DNA of 63,395 nucleotides, counting the filler, from Trichosphaerium sp. ATCC 40318 (lineage: Eukaryota > Protista > Tubulinea), in the NCBI GenBank assembly GCA_038496445.1. It is 3 parts of 3 records of this genome, joined end to end, with 100 filler letters (N's around TTAATTAATTAA, not from the genome) between each part and the next. Parts side by side here need not be neighbours in the genome. Positions count along the whole stretch, not along the records: positions 56,501 to 63,395 come from JALMLS010000362.1; 2 more parts are not named here. One strand, written 5' to 3'. How positions within the stretch are numbered: the stretch's first letter is position 1; the number at the start of each line of letters is the position of its first letter. The notes under the pieces are model-generated. The model was given only the letters and a program-made list of their open reading frames with translations. It was not told the origin of the DNA and searched no databases. A program made the translations under genes and the position numbers. Of the stretch, positions 60,011 to 63,395 are shown piece after piece.

Positions 60011-61769
60011 AGTGTGCCATACTTTTTTTTTTAAAGAATTTGTACTAGTACTTGGTGACAGTGGAGCCTGTTGCTTGTTGTATTGGCATCAAAGATAGAG
60101 TTTGAGATGATAGCCATGCCAGCATCAAGGTGAAAAAAGTAGGGCTAAGAGCATTGCCTTGCTCCACTTTAAATACTTGTTGGAAATGCATTAATGTGGA
60201 TCAGAGTTGAAGTTAAAGTCTTTTTTTTTTGTATCAAATACAACCTTATCAGGGTTGAAACTAAATAAGGTTTTTTTTGTAAAAGCCTTTTTTTTGCCAC
60301 CAAATACAGCCTAAATTGCCTTGTTTTTGCCAAAAAAAATGAACAAATATGTGGCATTGTAATTTTGGGCTTTGATGTCTCATATTTGGTGCCAAATAGC
60401 AAGCAATTGGTTCAAATGACAATGCTTTCATTAGAATCCATAAAATACTAAGCATGTGGTGACATTGTCTATATAAAACGTCAGTAAATGGAAAAAAATG
60501 TTTAGGAAGTGTTGGTGTGGTGGAAACTTACCTTAAACCAATGTATCCTTAATGTACAATGTGTACACAACCAATGCCTAGTTATTGCTGGTAAATTTAA
60601 GGCTGGCAATGCATAAAAAAACTAGGGCAGGCATTGCCTATAAAAAACAAGACATTGCAACAATTAAGACAATGCCCAATAAAGCCTTATTTCAATGCCT
60701 GCTTTTCTTCTTTGTTGCCATTGCCTTTGCAAAATCAGGCATTGCCATTTTTGAATTTTGCCATCAATGCTTGATTTTGAAAAATGCCTTTATATTTATG
60801 ACAGCCTTGTTTAGCCCTGATAAAGACATCAATTTGCATCAAATTTACAATGGTAGTGCTATTACTAAAGAAATACCAATATAAGTGACAATCATGACAA
60901 GGATGATAACTTTACAATGTAGAAAACCAATTACATGCAGGGAATTTACATTTATTTCTTTGTTTCAGAAACAAAGAACATTTTTATTGCTGTACATAGT
61001 GTCAAAAATGTAAATAGAAATCAAAATAAAGATAACCTGAAACTGTACAGAAAAGACATGTTATCTGTCGGTGTTGTTTATCTGCAGAGATGCCAATACA
61101 ATGTATACAGGCGTGAAATTGGTTAAACAAACTGTTAAAGAATGTGCCATTTGGTCTAAAATACCAAGGTGAATTTTTCGGATCATAACTGATATTTAGT
61201 AATTACGTGGTAAAGGTGTAGGTATCATGAAGCGCACGTAAAAGCGTTGGACTTTGGAAATTTTTACGTAATTTTAGTGCGTCGTAATGTACTCTCTTTG
61301 TAGCTGTTGTCATTGAGGTGTTAAGGTTGAGCGAAAACTCATGTAAGAAGTTATAATATCCCCTTTCTGGTATAACTCCACAAACGACCTTGTAAATACG
61401 CTAGGTCTCCTTTTCTACGCATAAATAAGCGAATGAGGCCTAGTCACTTTATCCGACATCACGTGAAAATGCCGTGAGAATTTGGCTAAATTTTCTCGCT
61501 AGCGCTTATACAGTCAATCTTATACGCTCATTGTGGTTTATCAAGTCAATACTTGTCAATTCGTATCAATCCAATTATATCTGTAACAAACAGCTACACC
61601 ATATCCAAAATTCGTTGTGTGAAGACAAGCTACACCTGAAAATAAACACGTGTTTCAGAAAATACCGATGGCAGGCACCAGGCATGCTCAAGACAGGTTG
61701 CTAATACCTAACGACCACGACGGTAAAAACAGCTACCCCGCTACCAAACGCGTACGACAATAGTTTGTA

Positions 61770-62940
61770 GCTGCACTAACGAAACCCACAAGGCAAGAAG
61801 ACGTTCTCGACACTCGACCGTGCGTGAAACTTCAACACCGTTTTCTGATTTGCGATAGGCTGTGTCATTGGACATAGGGGATAAAGCATACGGTAAATCT
61901 GAAGACATGGAGAATGGCAACAGAATTATGCGTAAAAAACAAAAGAAGGCTCGTAGACGGTCGGTATGACTCCATTACACTTTAAGAGCAATCACTAAGC
62001 CCAAGACAGAAACACGTGGGTGACGGAGCTGTGGAAAGATTGCCTATAGATGGAGTACAGGTTTGTCTTGAAAACTCGAGAACCGTGCGCGCAACACGTA
62101 ATTAATTACCACCTAAAAGGGTCGAGACAACATGCGATTACAAGGTGACGCTGCCAGCAACAACACAGAATGGGTGCGATGCTATCATATTAGGCGGTAC
62201 CTAACTCTAGGTGCCTAGCTGAATCGGGAACAGATACACAAAAGTTTCGATATTGCGGTTGACAAGTACAAGAAAAAATTTGGAGACGTTCGCGAAGATA
62301 TGGAAGCTTTAAAATCGCAAATAAGCGCAGAATGGATACAAATATTTCAAGCAGCTGGATACTTCCACTGGCTAAAGACGCATTATCCAAAAGAAGCGAA
62401 GACCAGGTACCACTCCGCCATTCGAAGCCCCTTTTTGCCGCTTAATATACATTCATAGAGACTTCTACACCAATGGAGGTTTGGATAAGGACGAACAAGC
62501 CAAGCTCCGCGATTTGGTAAGCAGCTTTTCTTCTGACGCTTGCAATTTACATTATCTGTATTGTGTGGATTAAATAACCGTCGGTTAGATACTCTATGAA
62601 ACTATTTGGGTAACAATAACATCACTAAAAATCCATTCACATATATACTTCAACTGTAGGGATTATCAGAACACGTGCGCACATGTCCTGGCCGCATAGT
62701 CCAATTGTTTCACATGCACAGAAATGCTGCAAAAAACAACAACTATTTCTCAGATACAAACAAGCTAATGCACGCCCTCCATCGTTTTGTATCTCTGCTA
62801 ATACAATGGCATTAAAGTCACTTGATTTACAAGCCCCCTTCCCCTAGAGAAGGCGCTAGGCCAAGCAATAAAGGATCTATTGTACCACCACACGTTGATG
62901 TACCTGAAGTGAAGAAGGGCATTGCTGAATTCATCAAAGG
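61770..62940 (+). CDS. Hypothetical multi-exon protein (ends not resolved)
   Basis: Open segments bounded by GT-AG introns, e.g. LNREQIHKSFDIAVDKYKKKFG..FHWLKTHYPKEAKT, DFYTNGGLDKDEQAKLRDL and GLSEHVRTCPGRIVQLFHMHRN. Confidence 0.45.
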
Positions 62941-63395
62941 TGCTGTGTTGGTTTGCTTCAAAATCACGTCTCCTTAACCACTGACACTGTATGTAGGAGA
63001 TGATAAACTCAATTTCGGTACGAAAGCTTGTGTTTGGTGCTTAATACTGATACCGTGATTGGATGACATTGATGAGTGCGGAAGGTTTAACCTACAGGAG
63101 ATAAAAAAGACGTATATCGAGCCACCTAAATGGAGTTTGTACTTTTTAATTTTAAAGTATTGTGACAGCTTTATCATGTTCAAAATGTGGTGTGTTGCAA
63201 TGCTCTACTTCACGTACGAGTCAGTAAGTTAATGCATAATAACTTTGTACTCCTCATAATGTGCACTAAGAAACTAAACTGGCTCGTTAATTTTACAAAA
63301 CTGGATTTCATGACTGTCAACATTGCTGGTTTTCCATTCCAGGGTACTCACTGCTGATACAACAACTTATAGTAAACGCTCAACTTCTACTGTAG

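Overview
Eukaryotic, intron-rich, gene-dense DNA. The profilin, Roco and sAC-type genes look amoebozoan-like, but the taxon is inferred, not established. The window is three separate contigs joined by N-TTAATTAATTAA-N linkers (1-26152, 26253-56400, 56501-63395). Contig 1 holds a very divergent, expanded 18S rRNA and part of the 5.8S (minus strand), a ~2.4 kb hairpin-rich upstream spacer, then ordinary genes: filamin-repeat protein, RecB/Cas4-like nuclease-SF1 helicase, Rab, GT34, Yhm2-like carrier, CDF transporter, profilin and an sAC-like cyclase. Contig 2 holds F-box/LRR, a 2OG-Fe(II) oxygenase, a MORN-Roc-COR-ART(PARP-like) gene with a MITE-disrupted paralogue ending in a receiver-like domain, MOB1, YIF1 with an intronic tRNA-Asn, and a TSD-flanked Mutator-like transposon. 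It ends in a 5.3 kb inverted duplication that is probably an artefact. Contig 3 is mostly CpG-depleted transposon remnants plus one unknown gene. Two observations stand out. (i) Hairpins in the 18S insertions, ITS1 and the upstream spacer have their G-U wobbles on the strand antisense to the rRNA, so they are A-C mismatches in the rRNA itself, whereas the core helices checked are normal. (ii) The Mutator element carries a diverged, structurally covarying ~1.3 kb copy of that rDNA-upstream hairpin array next to its transposase. All structure and homology calls were made by eye; multi-exon gene ends are approximate.
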